This document shows positions 50,545 through 64,000 of a stretch of 64,000 nt of DNA, one piece after another. The notes beneath the pieces are model-generated. The model worked only from the letters and a program-made list of their open reading frames with translations, was not told where the DNA came from and made no database searches. Each line of letters starts with the position of its first letter. The first letter of the stretch is position 1. The stretch is from positions 3,410,001 through 3,474,000 of the forward strand of contig CM120641.1 of assembly GCA_051362555.1 (NCBI GenBank). Reading direction: 5' to 3'. This DNA comes from Lingula anatina (Eukaryota > Animalia > Brachiopoda). The position numbers and the translations under genes are program-made.

Positions 50545-50833
50545 AATCAGTTCACTAACTGCAAACTGAAAGGACTTGAAATAAACTACTTGTAAAACAT
50601 ATATACAGTTAAGGATAAGTAAACAAAAATGCACCTGTGAGACATTCATTGCACAATAATATCCACTGTTATAATGCTATCAAAGACGTGAATGGATATC
50701 AAATCAGTTCACTGACCGCAAACTGAAAGGGCTTGAAATAAACTACTTGTAAAACATACATACAGTCAAGGATAAGTACAAAAATTGCACTTGTGAGACA
50801 TTCGTTGCACGATAACTCTACTGTTAAAATGCT
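50545..50833. repeat. Two diverged ~135-bp direct repeats inside the transposon
   Basis: 50545-50678 versus 50702-50833 (aatcagttcact.ac.gcaaactgaaagg.cttgaaataaactacttgtaaaacata...). Confidence 0.9.
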
Positions 50834-51275
50834 TTTTTGTCCTTCGTAAATTCTTCCCAATCTCAATGCGATATCACTTCCGATATCACCAATTTTCTTC
50901 CCGTACCACCGTCTTACGTCTGCCTCCAACGGTTCTCGGTACCAGACTCCGAGTCCTTCATAATAAAGTCAACAAAATCCAAAGTCAACAACAAATTCAA
51001 CCAAAATAACGTTAAAAACAATAATAAGCGGTTCTCCGACTCCTTTACGTGCGTGTTCATAAACATGGCGGCGCTTGAACTGACGACGGCTGGTACACAC
51101 AAATCGATGACGTACAATGACGTCAAGAAAAGCAAAGGATTGTTTTAAAATAATAATTATTTAATTGAATTTATTTCTTTAATGGTGCATAGATTATCAT
51201 GATCTTGTACAATATAATATTATAGTATAATTATATTTCTTTTAAAGAAATCCGAGGCACCTGTCAAATTTAGGT

Positions 51276-51287
51276 CGCGCATGCGCA
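51276..51287. promoter_or_regulatory. NRF1-type palindrome upstream of MOSMO
   Basis: CGCGCATGCGCA matches YGCGCAYGCGCR, about 150 bp upstream of the ATG in otherwise CpG-poor DNA. Confidence 0.55.
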
Positions 51288-51431
51288 AAACGCGTATGTT
51301 TAAGATGAAACTTTTTACCAAATGAATGAAGACGTCACCGTCCAAAATTGGTCCATCTTCATGCTGTTGAAGAACTCAATGACCCCTGGAAAATAGAATA
51401 CATTGGCTGGATCATATTGAACTTTGTTGCC

Positions 51432-52404
51432 ATGAACAAAATCGTCCTGATTTCGGGAATTTTGTTCGGATTAGCGGACTTGTTTGCGATTGCCAGTTTA
51501 GCTCTACCAGACTGGATACTAACGGGGGCGGCAGGTAAGAATGGTTATGTCACAAAGTAACCTAATGCCATGTATGTTATTAAGACAGAATGATGGATCT
51601 TAGTCTTTACACAAGACTGTATTGTGGCTGGCAGCATCTTTGCTTCGAATTTTAATGAATGATATCCTACTGAAATGATTGTCCAGAGAGTCATCCCAGA
51701 CATTAGCAGCTGTCTCTGTACTCCAGTTTGATAAGAATATTTACCAATAATATTATACTGTCAAAACTTAAAATTATTTTGGTATTTTATTCAAGTTTGA
51801 AGTATTTCTGTCTATGTTAAAGGTCCTTGAAGATCTAAACAACAGGAAATGGGTATTTAAAGTTTGTATTCCTGTTTTTTCTAGACCCCGCTGCATACAC
51901 AATGTACATGTATGTTATTTTTGATTGCTTTTTGCTTTGTAGTGTTTCTTTCAAGCATTTAAAGCTGTAGCCCACAAATACATAAAACTTGATATCATGT
52001 TCTTATATTTACAGGAAACATGAGGTTGGGACTTACACTGCAATGCTTAACCATCCACAACTGTGATGAAATTTGTGTCAGCCCCAAACTTTCAATAGAA
52101 TGGACGACAACATTTGTGTTGATTATTATTGGTATTTTATGCCTAACTGCTAATGTGATGTGTCTGATGTTATCACATTGGGAAGATGTGCTCAAGAAAT
52201 ATGCAAAATGGCTTGCATTTTTTGCCAGTAAGTATTAGTGTAGTTTGTGCACCTTTTATCTTGATGTTAGTGCTATCGATATGTTGAGCTCTCCAGGTGA
52301 TGGTCAAGTTTTCTTTATTGTTCAGTATTTTACTCAACTTGAGAAGTGGCATTCAAGTTAGAACCTTGATGAATTTTTGGTTCAGAACAGAGCCTCCTCC
52401 CCCC

Positions 52405-52437
<33 letters not shown>

Positions 52438-52749
52438 CACTGACATTGAATAATATCTTTTCCTTAATTCATTTGTATAAATGTAACAAATATGGTATTT
52501 CAAAAAGGTACTGAACTGCACTATTTCAATAAAATCATTTTATTTTCAGTGATATCCTTTTGTACTGCTGGTATAGTCTTCCCAATGGGGTTCTATGTTG
52601 ATGAAATTGGTGGATACCCCTTCCAGCTTCCAACCCAGAGTCAAGTTGGAGTTTCATATGTGCTTTTTATATTAAGTATATTTTTTACAATTATATCTGA
52701 ACTGTTGGCTGAACAGATATGTAGACCACTCCCTGGTGCAGTCTTTTAG
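51432..52749 (+). CDS. MOSMO: Modulator of Smoothened (C16orf52/ATTHOG), a claudin-like tetraspan protein
   Basis: Exons 51432-51534, 52015-52227, 52550-52749: MNKIVLISGILFGLADLFAIASLALPDWI..GLTLQCLTIH..EWTTT..SHW..KYAKWLAF..FPMGFYVDEIGGYPFQLP..VGVSYVLFILSIFFTII, closely matching remembered vertebrate MOSMO. Confidence 0.93.
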
Positions 52750-53841
52750 TCATATCTGTTTTAAAAATATTGAAAAGACTGTCTACTTAAGACACTGGTG
52801 CTACATATACAAATATATGTTTTTTGGAACTCTGAGAAAGACGATTCTTATAATCAGGGCTGTGAGAAATATTGTGGAAGTAAGAATATTTTTATTTAGA
52901 GAGAAGACTGTATTCCTGACTGGTATGACTGAAACCAGAAATTTGTGCAAAGAAGATCCAGTTGTAATCCTGTCATCTTGCTGTATATCTTTATCCAAAG
53001 TTAATGTCTTATTTATAATAAGTAAAGAAATATTAAGCCAATCTAATGCATCCTGTATATTACTTCAAATGATAGTGTCCTCAGTCATTTTCACCTTATT
53101 CTTTGTAATGGGTCACATTGTTATTGTTATAATTATGTTTGTTATAAGATAATTGCCCTGTATACAAAATAAACTTAATGTTGTCATTAATAAGTCCATC
53201 CTGTCTTCAATCCTTACCTGCAAGGTGGCTACTTCAATTGATATGATCAAAACCAAATTATTTCTGGATTTCCATGATTATTGTTTCTGAGAAGCATGGC
53301 TATGATGGTAACCCAGAGATCTTTTTTGTACTATATATTTTCATAATGCAGAGGAATGTGCTTGGCTTGCTAAATAATTAAGACTATTGTTATCATATTC
53401 CACTGTGTCAAAGTACTTTTATATTTCTAGCTATTTAATCACATTCTAAATGTTATTTGAAAATTTTCATATATAGAAAAATAAACAATTATTAAGTATA
53501 TCTTGTGTTGTCAGAGCATATGCAGTCAGGTTTTAAGTATCAACAGTTTTATTTTCAACAACAGTTAATCTTGAGCATTGATTTGAAAGATAATTAAATC
53601 TCACACAGTTACAAAGTAATCTTTAAATGGCAGATTTGGCAAATGAAATTGTAGAACCGCTTCAAGATAATAAGAAATTTAGATATTATTAACGTGATGG
53701 TAATCTGACTTCATTAAACAGAAGAAAGTTTAGCTGTTGCCATCAAAATACATGACAGTGGTGCTGAAGACTATCCACGCCAAGGTCTGGTTCACAATGT
53801 TCAAAATGTGGTAGATGTGCCCCCAATATCCGAAGTTCAGT

Positions 53842-56800
53842 TCAAGAAGAACCAGAACAAGTCTCCAGCACGGTATTGATCTTGGAGAGAAGTGGATATT
53901 TGCCTTCCCCACAGTAACTGGCACTGAAGTCGTCACAGTCTAAAGACCAGATCATGATCCCTCCAAGGGCTTGATTGCATACATACTGGGCCTGAAATTA
54001 AAGTCCGGGAGCTTATTAAAAAAAAGAAAAAAGAAAGTTCATTTCCTAAAAAATGTGCATTTAGTCGCGTATATTGTATTTTTTTATCGAAAAATTATGC
54101 AAACATAATTTTTTATGACTTTCTTCATGGAATATAAATTTCATAGTAACGGAGGTCCATCTTTTCATTGAACAGTCAAAAATCTAATTACACTTTTCTG
54201 CTTCGGTATTAAATTCAATTAATCAACATACTGGTACTAAAACAAACAAATAAAATGATGGTCCAATGAGACTGAGCGCTCGTACAAATACCCTGTTGAC
54301 CGGAATACCTTTCGTTGAACGCTGCTGACGTCGTCAAACCCCACCCACTTATCATCGTACCAGCCGTACGGCACTTGGTGTTCAGGGTGCAACGTCTCGC
54401 TCCACCCAGGGAGCTTTCGCTTTTCGCAAATCTGTAAAAATAATATTCCAGGGATGTTTCATGACCTCACAATATCTGACTCCCATGTTATTAACTGCCA
54501 TCCGTTCCAATGGTTTCTAAAAGCTGTTCTTTTGGAAGAAAAACGTGTTAAAATATTGTTAAAAGCCACATAGTAAAATATAATTTTGCTCACAAATCGG
54601 AAATATTCTTCCAAACTGCTCATCTGTAAAGCTTGAATGTCGCCCTCTGTAATAAGCTTATCTTTGAAAATGTATATGGAGAAGTTAATTTTGAAAAAAT
54701 ACATGCTACAAAGATGAGCATTTCTCTTATTTTGGCAAATTAACAGCTGAATTAAGAAAATGTAAAACTTCCTATGAAGAAACGCTTTCGAAGTATGGTG
54801 CTCTACCTTGTAATAGGGCATACTACTGTATGTTTGTTCTTCGGGGAGCACGAAAGGATCCCCTATATCGTGTTTTTTTGGATTTGCCATGATGAAGTAT
54901 CGACCATACATTGGTATCCCTACCACCAGCTTTGAACTCGGCACTCCGGCAGCGAGGTATTTCTTTATGGTCCAATCCTAGAATAGATAGTTTGAAAACA
55001 TTAGTTCATTCATACTTTTAACTTGGTTTGGCGTGTTTGTGGAATCTGATTGCCACAATTGAGAACGTTAGGTTATGAGATTTTATGAAGGAGACCTTCA
55101 ATTTAAAAGAAATTGATACTAAAAAAAAGAGAACTGAAATTATACGGATGGATCTTTGGATAGAAATCGTTACTAATTTCGCAAAGAAAATGTCTGGATC
55201 ATGACGACTTTAAATCGGTTGTGTCTGAAGATGTGCCACGCAATCAAAATCGTAATGACAGTACGTAGCAAAATATTATGTTTACTCACTATATTATATA
55301 TCTCATCTATACTGCTTCTGTACAAGGCGCTGTGGTGTCTCATTACTTGTGGTACACTCCAAGGGCCATGGTAATCGTAAGTCATCACGTTGAGAAAATC
55401 GAGACTCCTAAATTTCAAACAAAAGTAGTTAAATCGGTTTCGATTCAAGTTTAAAAAGTAAGAAATGTATGCGTGGATTCGGTTTATTCGCCATTATTTC
55501 ACTTCTTTTAGATAACATTCTTAAATCTAAATAAATCAAATCTTGTGTCTGAAAAAATTTAATGGCATTGAAGTAGGCACAGGTTTGAGACCAACAAGGC
55601 GCAAGCAGGCAGGTTAAAAAATCATTTGCAAACCCTAGCTGCCTAATTGGATAGGGTTGGTCAGGTGGAAAACATGAAAGGTTTACAATTATGCTGAAAA
55701 AAAACCAAAAATACATATTGATCATTTTTTAAAGGGAAAATACTACGTAGATCTGCTTCAGTGGTAAATCCAGAGTTAAAAGAACTAAAAACCTCCCCTT
55801 CGCATATGGCCCCATACTTACGGTGTAATAGCAGGTAAATCGTATCCTATGTTGATTACCCAGCCACCAGAAGCCATCGCAGCACTAAGGAGCAGCCGTT
55901 CCTGTTTCGTTTCTTCTGATTCTCTCTCAAACGCTTGTCGCATTTCCTTTGGAAAATGAAGAGCAAAAATTTAAGGCTCATGTAAATATACAAAGCTGTG
56001 TTTGAACTGAGGCTAGCACAACGAATTTCAAGGTTTCCAAACAGTGATCGAAAATCAAACCAACCAAAAGTGCCCACATGTGCCAATATGTGCCTTTTTC
56101 AACAACGATATCATTGGGTAGAGTACGAATAAGGATTTACATGCACGTGAGCTATGTATTTTCAACTACTTGCTAAAATACAAAAGATGTTGACTTATAT
56201 ATTTGAAAGAAATAAAAATTTTGAGAATATAAAAGCCGTTCTCACCCGCAAAAGCGCACTAAACTGTGACGTAGTATTTCCATCCGGGTATTCCCAGTCT
56301 ACATCTAAGCCGTCTAATTTATGTTCTTTAAGAAATCTAATGACATTGTCGATAAAAGCAGCTCTGGTGGACTCGGTCTTGGATGCATTTGCGAATATTT
56401 CATGTCCATGTGAGTACCCTCCCACCGACAACATAACCCGGAGAGAAGGGTTCTGCGTCTTCAGTTGAATCACTCGATTGCACATCACTGTAAATCGAGA
56501 TTTTAAAACAGTTAGATGTGTTCAAATCTAAACAAAGTTAGGACAGGCAAAACAAATTTATAAGCGCATTAAAGACTTTAAAGACATGATTCAAAATGAG
56601 AGCAAGTGCACATCTTTAGTCAGCGCGCCGTTCGTACCTAAAGAAGCGTTTTGTTTTGATAAAACGTAAAATGCTGTAACTTCGAAGTACCGGTAGATGT
56701 AACCGTTTGTTATAATAAAGACGAGTGGTAACTAACTGCCCGACTGGTCGTGCTATATGACCGCTTGAAATGCCAGAGGACCTGCAAGAATTTTGACATC

Positions 56801-58048
56801 GCAGGTCCGCTGGACTTGCAAGGGTTATGTTAAAATATAATAATAATAATAATAAATCACATGTAAACGTAGACTAACAAAAAAGTTATTAGTTCGGACC
56901 TGCAAATTTCTTGCAGTGCAAATCCTTCAGACCTTCAGTATCTCCAAAGTTTTCCACTTTTGCGCCGTTTTGAAACCCTTTAGCCCGTTATCGCCCATCA
57001 CTCACTGCACTGGATAAAATAAAAAATCCCCAATCAATTTAATGCTATCTCTGTCTGTTACTTTACCTGCATCGTTCCATTCATATGTGGCCAGGTGATA
57101 CTGGGCTGTAGAAGGGTCCCAAACTATTTGAGCGAAGGCGAAAAGGATGTGAGTACACAAGTCCGGGTTGATGTTCTCGGGGAAAAAGCCATTCTCAAGC
57201 CGATACTGTGACCAGTTGGTGTAGTAACAAACGACCTTTTTATTCGGTGGCTGATCTGCAAAATGATATTTTGTGAAATATGTGGCTTCATATTAAAATC
57301 GATGCCATGAAAGAGTGCAAATTGAATTGCGAACTGCTACTCATGTATGCGGAGCCGTCCTGGCAAAAATGTCTCTAACCCCACTCCCACTACCACCTGT
57401 ACGTATGTTACTTGATAATTCAGTTGATAAAAAAGAAAAAAGAAAAAATATGACAATATTTACATTGTGTCGTTGGTATCGCCGTCAACTCGCTGGTGTT
57501 ACCGTCTGTCACCGTCGATTTGGTTGTGGAAGAGCTTGAGCAAACCACATTTTCTGGCCAGTCACAATACTTGTACAGGTCGTTAAAGAGCAGGTCGGGC
57601 GGACACGTCTTCTCGTAGGGTGTACCCCAGGAGCAGTGGCAGTACTTGCTGCAGTCGGTGGGATGAGGGTAGATAGCGTCTTGTTCGAGACAAGGTATAT
57701 CACAAATAACTGCGAGAGAAATGTACCACAATACAAGATATATCACAAATAGCTTTGAAAATGTGTTTTAAATGTGCTTTGTGACGGAACAAATCTGTTT
57801 TTGGTAATTATTACATTGGTCGCCTTAGGCCTAGCTATTCCGATACAAAAAGTTGTCCTTCTGCCTTTGAGTTACCAGTATATATCAGATGTTAATATTA
57901 AAAAAAACCGGCTTTAGGAAAATAGTTGTATGTTTGTTATTAATTTATTTCCTCCACCGAAAAAAGGATTGTCGTTTGAAGCAGTAAGATTCTTACCAGT
58001 TGACGTCACATTCCTGACGAGCATCATAACAAGTGCGGGAAGCCATAT
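53842..58048 (-). CDS. GH18 chitinase with an N-terminal CBM14 chitin-binding domain
   Basis: Approximate exons 58048-57997, 57709-57464 (CBM14 plus S/T linker), 57255-57067 ([23 protein letters not shown]), 56487-56246 ([16 protein letters not shown]), 55946-55822, 55407-55291 (MTYDYHGPW), 54977-54807, 54431-54292, 53991-53842 ([17 protein letters not shown]). The start codon is unresolved. Confidence 0.93.
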
Positions 58049-58112
58049 CTGAAATTAATGAAGCATCAAAACCAATGAATGTAAGTAGTTTTTACAAACA
58101 TGAAATAAAATG

Positions 58113-58151
<39 letters not shown>

Positions 58152-59233
58152 CAAGTTCATAAAGTAAAAAAGAAAACTGGGCACACCCGACGAATATTTA
58201 GTATATTTACCGGGGCATTCGTTTATAAATGGCCATGGAGAATGAATCATTACTCTTGTTAAGGGACATGAATTAATATAATTTTAAACTGCCGTTCATA
58301 ACATGGTGGTTGGTACTTAAGTTTGAGAGGACATAATACAGGATGAATACCCATTGCCATGGATTGAACATAACACACAGAGACATTATACATAAATTTT
58401 AGGAACACTTAATTTTAGCGTCCTAATATACATCTCTCTTAACGTGTCATACAAGAAAGTAAAATATGACGAAAAACCTGCCATTCATCGTTGAAAGCCC
58501 TTGTGATAAAATAGCTCTCATTAGAAAACAGAAAGTTTCGGCAAGAATGTGTATTTGTTTTACAGAGACAAAAAGAGTGAGAAAAAGAGAAAAAGCGGTA
58601 CAAAAGAGAGGTCGTGAAAACTATCAATCGTAAAGTAATAATAACAATAATAATAAAAGCTGCTTAGCAATTACAAGAGCGGAAATTTCGCAGGATGTAA
58701 CCTATATGTACATATCATTTTTCACGTTTCTTTTGAAAAAAAAAATGTCTTACAACTCTTGCATTTATCACCGTCAATTCTTGGGTTATTTCCTTTAAGC
58801 CTTGGCAGCGTCAGGTGCCCTTATGACAAACGTCAATCCAGAATCTAGTCAGTAAATTACCCAACCCAGATGTCCTGTACGTATTTAACAAAGCCGTCAT
58901 AGTTCCAAGTGCAAGACCGACAAGAGCGTCTTACCGATAAAAAATTAATCTCTTAACAGTGGCCATTTAGCATACGTAGAGTTACAGATATTTTCTTTTA
59001 AGTATCTAAAAATAAAGATACTGACAGACCCACTTTAAAAAAACTTCGCCATGCACGAACTATAGAGAGAGACTTACGTCACTAAACGTTTCTGTTACTT
59101 TGAGATCGAATATTTCAACAACAAGGAATATAATAATAATAATAATAATAATAAACATTTTGTGATAAAATGAATACATATATTCAGATTTCAAATCATG
59201 ACTCTAATACTCATTGTCACTTCATTATGTTAA

Positions 59234-59563
59234 AGGGATAACAACTGTTCGTTTTAGCCTAAAAATGGATTTTCCTGGGGTAAACGACAATTTCCCCATA
59301 CTTACCAATGGTTAATGAATCCTTTCGGACATAGAGTTAGTCCATGGATATTTTTCTAAAAAGATTTTTTTATAATCAACTCTTAGGAGATTATTACGGA
59401 GGAATAGCTATCTATGAAGGTCCATGTGGTCTGCTGGCTAGTACAGATTCCAGAATGCAATAACCGCTGTTTTGGTGGTAAAATGGAATATATTATATTT
59501 CTAAGCTGTTTACAATGCATTTTTTTGTGAAATATGAATCTCATATGGACAGTTGTTATCCTT
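59234..59563. mobile_element. TTAA-targeting non-autonomous element, Kolobok-like
   Basis: TTAA|agggataacaactgt ... acagttgttatcctt|TTAA. Confidence 0.65.
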
Positions 59564-60809
59564 TTAACAAACCATCTACTTAAGATTAATAATTACTAAA
59601 ATGTTAACATACCAATCGAATGCAGAGCATCTTCCAGTAAATATTGTACAGTTACGGAGCGCAAGTTTTTGTTTCCAGTTCAACATAGGCCTAATGTTAC
59701 ACTTATATGCGTACAGGTGCGTGAGAACAGAATCCTGGGACCTAGCGACTAAGAATGCCACTGAACTCGATCTTAGCTATTTATACTAGCCACACACTTG
59801 GCCTACCGAACAGCAGAGGCGGTTTTTTTTTAAAGACAAGCTGATGGGGATGGATAGACATCCAGTTTGGATAATACATAGCACAATTTAAAAAAAAAAA
59901 CTATTTCCGGATTAACAATGTTTGTCAAAAGTCCAGATCGATTTGACGACCGTCCAGTGAAAAGCGTTTCGAAGAGCTATGTAACTAAAATGATCAAAGT
60001 AGCCTGTTTAAAATGGCGAATAGTTTCTTATCATATTTTTGTTAAGATGGTTAAAAAGGCAAATTGTTAATTGAGACTAAACATGTTTTCACCTGTGAGG
60101 CATGGCGTTTCGACCTGTCATCGTGCAGGCCTTTGAGCCTAACGCTGTCATGCCTTACAGGCTTTAAAAATGCGTTTTACTCTCTTTAGAAACGATTTTC
60201 ATTTATTACCGACAATATCTGAATATGTGATTCTTTTTCAAACATCTGTTTTCACATCCGGCTTCCTGGACATCTATTTTCACGCACGCACTTCGAGCTT
60301 ATTATAGGCCTATAGTCCGTACGTGATTCGAATTAGAAATAATTGATGTCCAGCAGTCAAATGGGGGTTCAGGACCCACCATATATTGTTTGGTGTATCC
60401 TAGCTCATTGGATTCAGAGTAAGCAAAGCCGGAACATATCAGTAATCGGAAATAGGAGTGTTAACGCATGTCCTATGTGCTAGATCTAGAGGTACGCGCA
60501 CATTGCACATTTTATGGGATAATGATTATAAATTAGCCTATACAAACGAACAAGGTATAGGCATGTGTCGTACGATGTTGATATTTAGGGCCTACATGTC
60601 GGTCATCTAAGCCACGACTAAATGCGGGCCTATTTAAAAACAGACAAACAAGCCAACAAACAAACAAATAATTAAAACAAGAAACAGACAAGAAAGAAAG
60701 AAAAATAAACCAATCAAGCTGATTTGCCAATTTGAGTTGTAGGTCCATCATTCTTGTTCGGGGTTTCATTTTATTTGCATAATGTTGGGCAAAATAAGCT
60801 GATAAAAGC

Positions 60810-60929
60810 GGCTGATTTTCGAACCTGACCTGTATTTAATGAATTTGCATCAGTTCGGTAAGACAAAAGGTAAAACGGTTTTCATGTTATATGTAGGCTT
60901 ATAGGTCTAACGGTGGATAAAATATGCTG

Positions 60930-60960
<31 letters not shown>

Positions 60961-61081
60961 AGCATGACTTTTGTAAAATGGACCAACTAGGCTGATTTTC
61001 GAACTTAACCTGATTTTATGAATATTCATCTGTTCTGTAAGTTTGAAGACAAAAGGTAAACCGTTTTTCATTTTATTTGTA
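60810..61081. repeat. Diverged ~90-bp direct repeat pair separated by a poly-A tract
   Basis: ggctgattttcgaac.t.acctg...aagacaaaaggtaaa.cg.ttttcat at 60810 and 60990. Confidence 0.75.
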
Positions 61082-62350
61082 TAACACTGAAAGCTGGAAG
61101 TGCACGGCGACGCCGACGACGTCAGACACTGGTGGCGGCTAAATCTACAGACACATCTAGCAGTGTCTGTACATAAAAACGGAGGTTATTGAAGGTTTTG
61201 TTTAACATGAAACATGTAAAAGCCTTAAAGGTGCATGGAGGATTTCGTCCCAGTTATTTACCACCTTTGTCTTACAGAGATGCTGCTCTTAGGATCAGAC
61301 AAAAAAATAAAGTTCGAGTACACTGTATGAGAACGACACAACGTAAATGGGTCAACCTGTAGCACATGCAGCTAGTTAATTAGGTCAAGTGAACGGATTG
61401 GGTCGACAACAACAATTACTAGTACAGGGGACGTACAACGGGTTGGGACATGGTTTGATGGTTGCTGGATGGTCCATAGCTGTGTAGAGGTATATGAACC
61501 GTATGAAGTATCATCGGGAAAGCACTTTTTTTTTGCGTAAGATTGAATTGTTGAACCTGCATTACATCCTGATTACATTTGATCCGACTGAATTACCACC
61601 TGAAGTTGACGCTGAGTGATGACCCGCCCTACCCTAAGCCTACATATTAAAGACATATATAATATATTGTGCTGGTCGTTCGTCCAAATATTATATGTTG
61701 TCCAATCACCTTAATGGTCATACGCTGCTGTTGCACAGGTGGACATTAATTAATTACTACGATTATCCAGGTTACTGCAATAAGCATAATGGGTATGACA
61801 GTCAATCATACACATGCACCCGTGTGTCGACAGTTTCCTGACATTCTCTGCTATCCTGGCCCTGGCCCTGGCCCGTGTTTTTACTTTGGTGTGATTGGAA
61901 ATCAGAAATAGAGAGAAACATGTGGGTTTTGGTTGCAATTCTTTAAAGAAGCAGTTGTTGCATGTGTTGCCAGAATAAAACCATGAACCATTTCATTGTT
62001 TCATACACGTATATCGTGTCCATATACATTTTATAGACTTAATTGTACACCCAACACAATGTTTACTATTTGTAGGAAGTAGACAGCATTGAGACATATA
62101 GGGCACACTGGGAAGACTCTATTAACCAGTAACTGATGGTAACTGACAGGATTTCTTCCCAAAGTTAGCAAGACTACAGATGCTTTTTAAGTGCTTGGTC
62201 CCTATATTTATTTGAGTTCTCCATATATTTGAATTAAATGCATGTCTCCTTATTTTATGTAAATTATTTATGATTTGGGCCATAGGGGTATAAATATATA
62301 TAGATGTTTCATATTAAAATGCCTTAGATTTTAAGACAAATTAAGGCACT

Positions 62351-62570
62351 AAGACTGCATTCCCAGAGATTTAGATCGATCCATCTGGATCGACCTAACT
62401 CCCTGGGGGTTCACGCTAAATTGCTGTCAGTTGAGTGCACACCACAGTTAATTACCCCCTTACAGCTTTTAGTAGGCGGGATAGACATTTAAGCCTGTTA
62501 AGCTGAAACCAATCTAGTAAGACTCCCCAGGGGGATAGATTGATCTAAATATCTATGGGAATGGGGTCTA
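62351..62570. mobile_element. Palindromic MITE family A, copy 3 (internal deletion)
   Basis: aagactgcattcccagagatttagatc...gatctaaatatctatgggaatggggtcta, homologous to 10235-10493. Confidence 0.65.
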
Positions 62571-62877
62571 AGAAATGTAAATTTTTATGATGGTTATATT
62601 GTTTTATTATAAGCTATTTTATGAGGGGGCATAGGTCTGAAAGGCATGGGTTATCGGAATTTTAGTGTTTTATTTTGTCAAGTATTATTATGTTAAAATC
62701 ATGGATGTTCAACAGGTTTGCTTATAGGACATTTAAGATAAACACTGAAAAATCCATCTTGAAAAGTAGACTTCCATAGTTTTAGGTAACATAATAAATT
62801 TAAATTATCACCATATTTAATAATAACATGTTAGCATTTTGTGTAATTTCTAAGCTTGGTCAGCTGCTGCAGGGAGT

Positions 62878-64000
62878 ATGAAAAGATCAGTTGGACAGAT
62901 CAAGGCAGTTCTGAAGAGTGAAAGACAGCAGTACAAGACTCGATGGCAATTTAGCACAGCACCTTGTCTGCTGCAGCAGTCAGCCATTTCTGGTCCTGCA
63001 CCTTCAGCAACAGGATTCAATAATTATGAAGAGGGAAGACAGAAGTTTCAACTGATTGTTCCTGAAAAATATAATTTTGCTCGAGATGTACTTGACCAGT
63101 GGTCTAGTAAAGCACAGGTTAGTTATGGGTTGTTTTACTTAAAGCCATATAATGTGCATGCTCTAAACCTTCATGTACCCATAGCAAAAAAAAAAAAAAA
63201 AAAATTTGCAGCTGATTTGTTGCTGAATTGCTCTCTTGTTTACTTGTAAATATTATAAGAAGGTTTTCTCCCAGAAAAGATGAATATAAATTGTGTTACA
63301 TTTTTTTTTAGTTTATAGATGTTGCTGGGGTCATTTTGATTAATTTTATTTTAGATATTTAGTAACTATATATTTACACTATTTCATTTGTAATTTTTTC
63401 TAGAAAATTACTATATATATATACATTCATTTGGATTAATTCATTGAACAATCGGTCAAAAAGCCTTGTGGTTTGTTATATACTGATAAATGCATTTCAT
63501 CATTAAAGAGTAATATATATCCTCTTTTTCTCTGATTGTTCTTCAGCACAGCGCCAGGACTGCCCTATGGTGGGTGGATGACTATGGACAGGAGTTCAAG
63601 TGGACATTTAAACACATGGAAATACTGTCCAAGAGGTATGTACGGATGCCAAGAGGTATGCATAGAAATCTTGTTCAGGAAAAGTTCTTTGTTTTTAAAG
63701 ATTGCATTCATTCATAATACATTAAGTCATGATGAATGCCAAATCATTCACATCATTATTGTGAACTTCATTGCTTTTACCTTTCAGAGAATTTTTATTC
63801 TAAGGGTACTGGTTGGATGGATTGGGGGGGGGGGGGGGGGGTGCTTATTTCACAGAGATTCTGTAGATTTATTTATATATTTATTCATTCAAATAATGTA
63901 TTCCCCATCAGGTTGGCTAATGGCATGTCTGTGAAATGTCAGTTGAAAGCGGGGGATAGAGTGATAGTTATCTTACCACGGCTACCAGAATGGTGGGTCA
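62878..64000 (+). CDS. Medium-chain acyl-CoA synthetase (ACSM family), 5' portion
   Basis: Exons 62878-63117, 63547-63635, 63912-end. A basic presequence-like N-terminus is followed by VPEKYNFARDVLDQW..ALWWVDDYGQEFKWTF..LSKRLAN..GDRVIVILPRLPEWWV. Confidence 0.9.

Larger units (their letters stand above)
48262..51138 (+). mobile_element. Decayed ISL2EU-like (PIF/Harbinger-related) DNA transposon
   Basis: TIR cctttgcttttc..tga.gtca / tgacgtcaagaaaagcaaagg flanked by AT on both sides. Subterminal inverted gccgccatgttt.tgaaca. Contains a THAP and DDE pseudogene. Confidence 0.8.

Noticed and set aside
52736-53152. 138-aa hydrophobic ORF after MOSMO
   Set aside because: Non-ATG start, AT-rich 3'-UTR composition, and no splice or homology support.
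58209-59340. Candidate upstream coding exons for the chitinase start
   Set aside because: The donors at ~58210, ~58934 and ~59305 give the wrong phase or in-frame stops relative to exon 58048-57997, so the start is left unresolved.

Overview
AT-rich, intron-rich animal genomic DNA, most likely a marine invertebrate (a mollusc or other lophotrochozoan is plausible, but the sequence does not prove it). No prokaryotic features, rRNA, tRNA or CRISPR arrays were seen. Spliced genes from left to right: the 5' part of RALGAPA (-); three NPC2/ML-domain paralogues (+,+,-); an uncharacterised single-pass helical protein (-); a type II membrane protein with two METTL24-like domains (+); spastin (-); MOSMO (+); a GH18 chitinase with an N-terminal CBM14 (-); and the 5' part of a medium-chain acyl-CoA synthetase (+). 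Mobile DNA includes an intact Ty3/Gypsy Mag/Steamer-like LTR retrotransposon with identical LTRs, a decayed ISL2EU-like transposon between spastin and MOSMO, several non-autonomous TIR elements with visible TSDs, a Helentron/pearl-like element, and a 90-bp-arm palindrome carrying a minimal hammerhead ribozyme motif. All gene models and homology calls were made by eye, without database searches.
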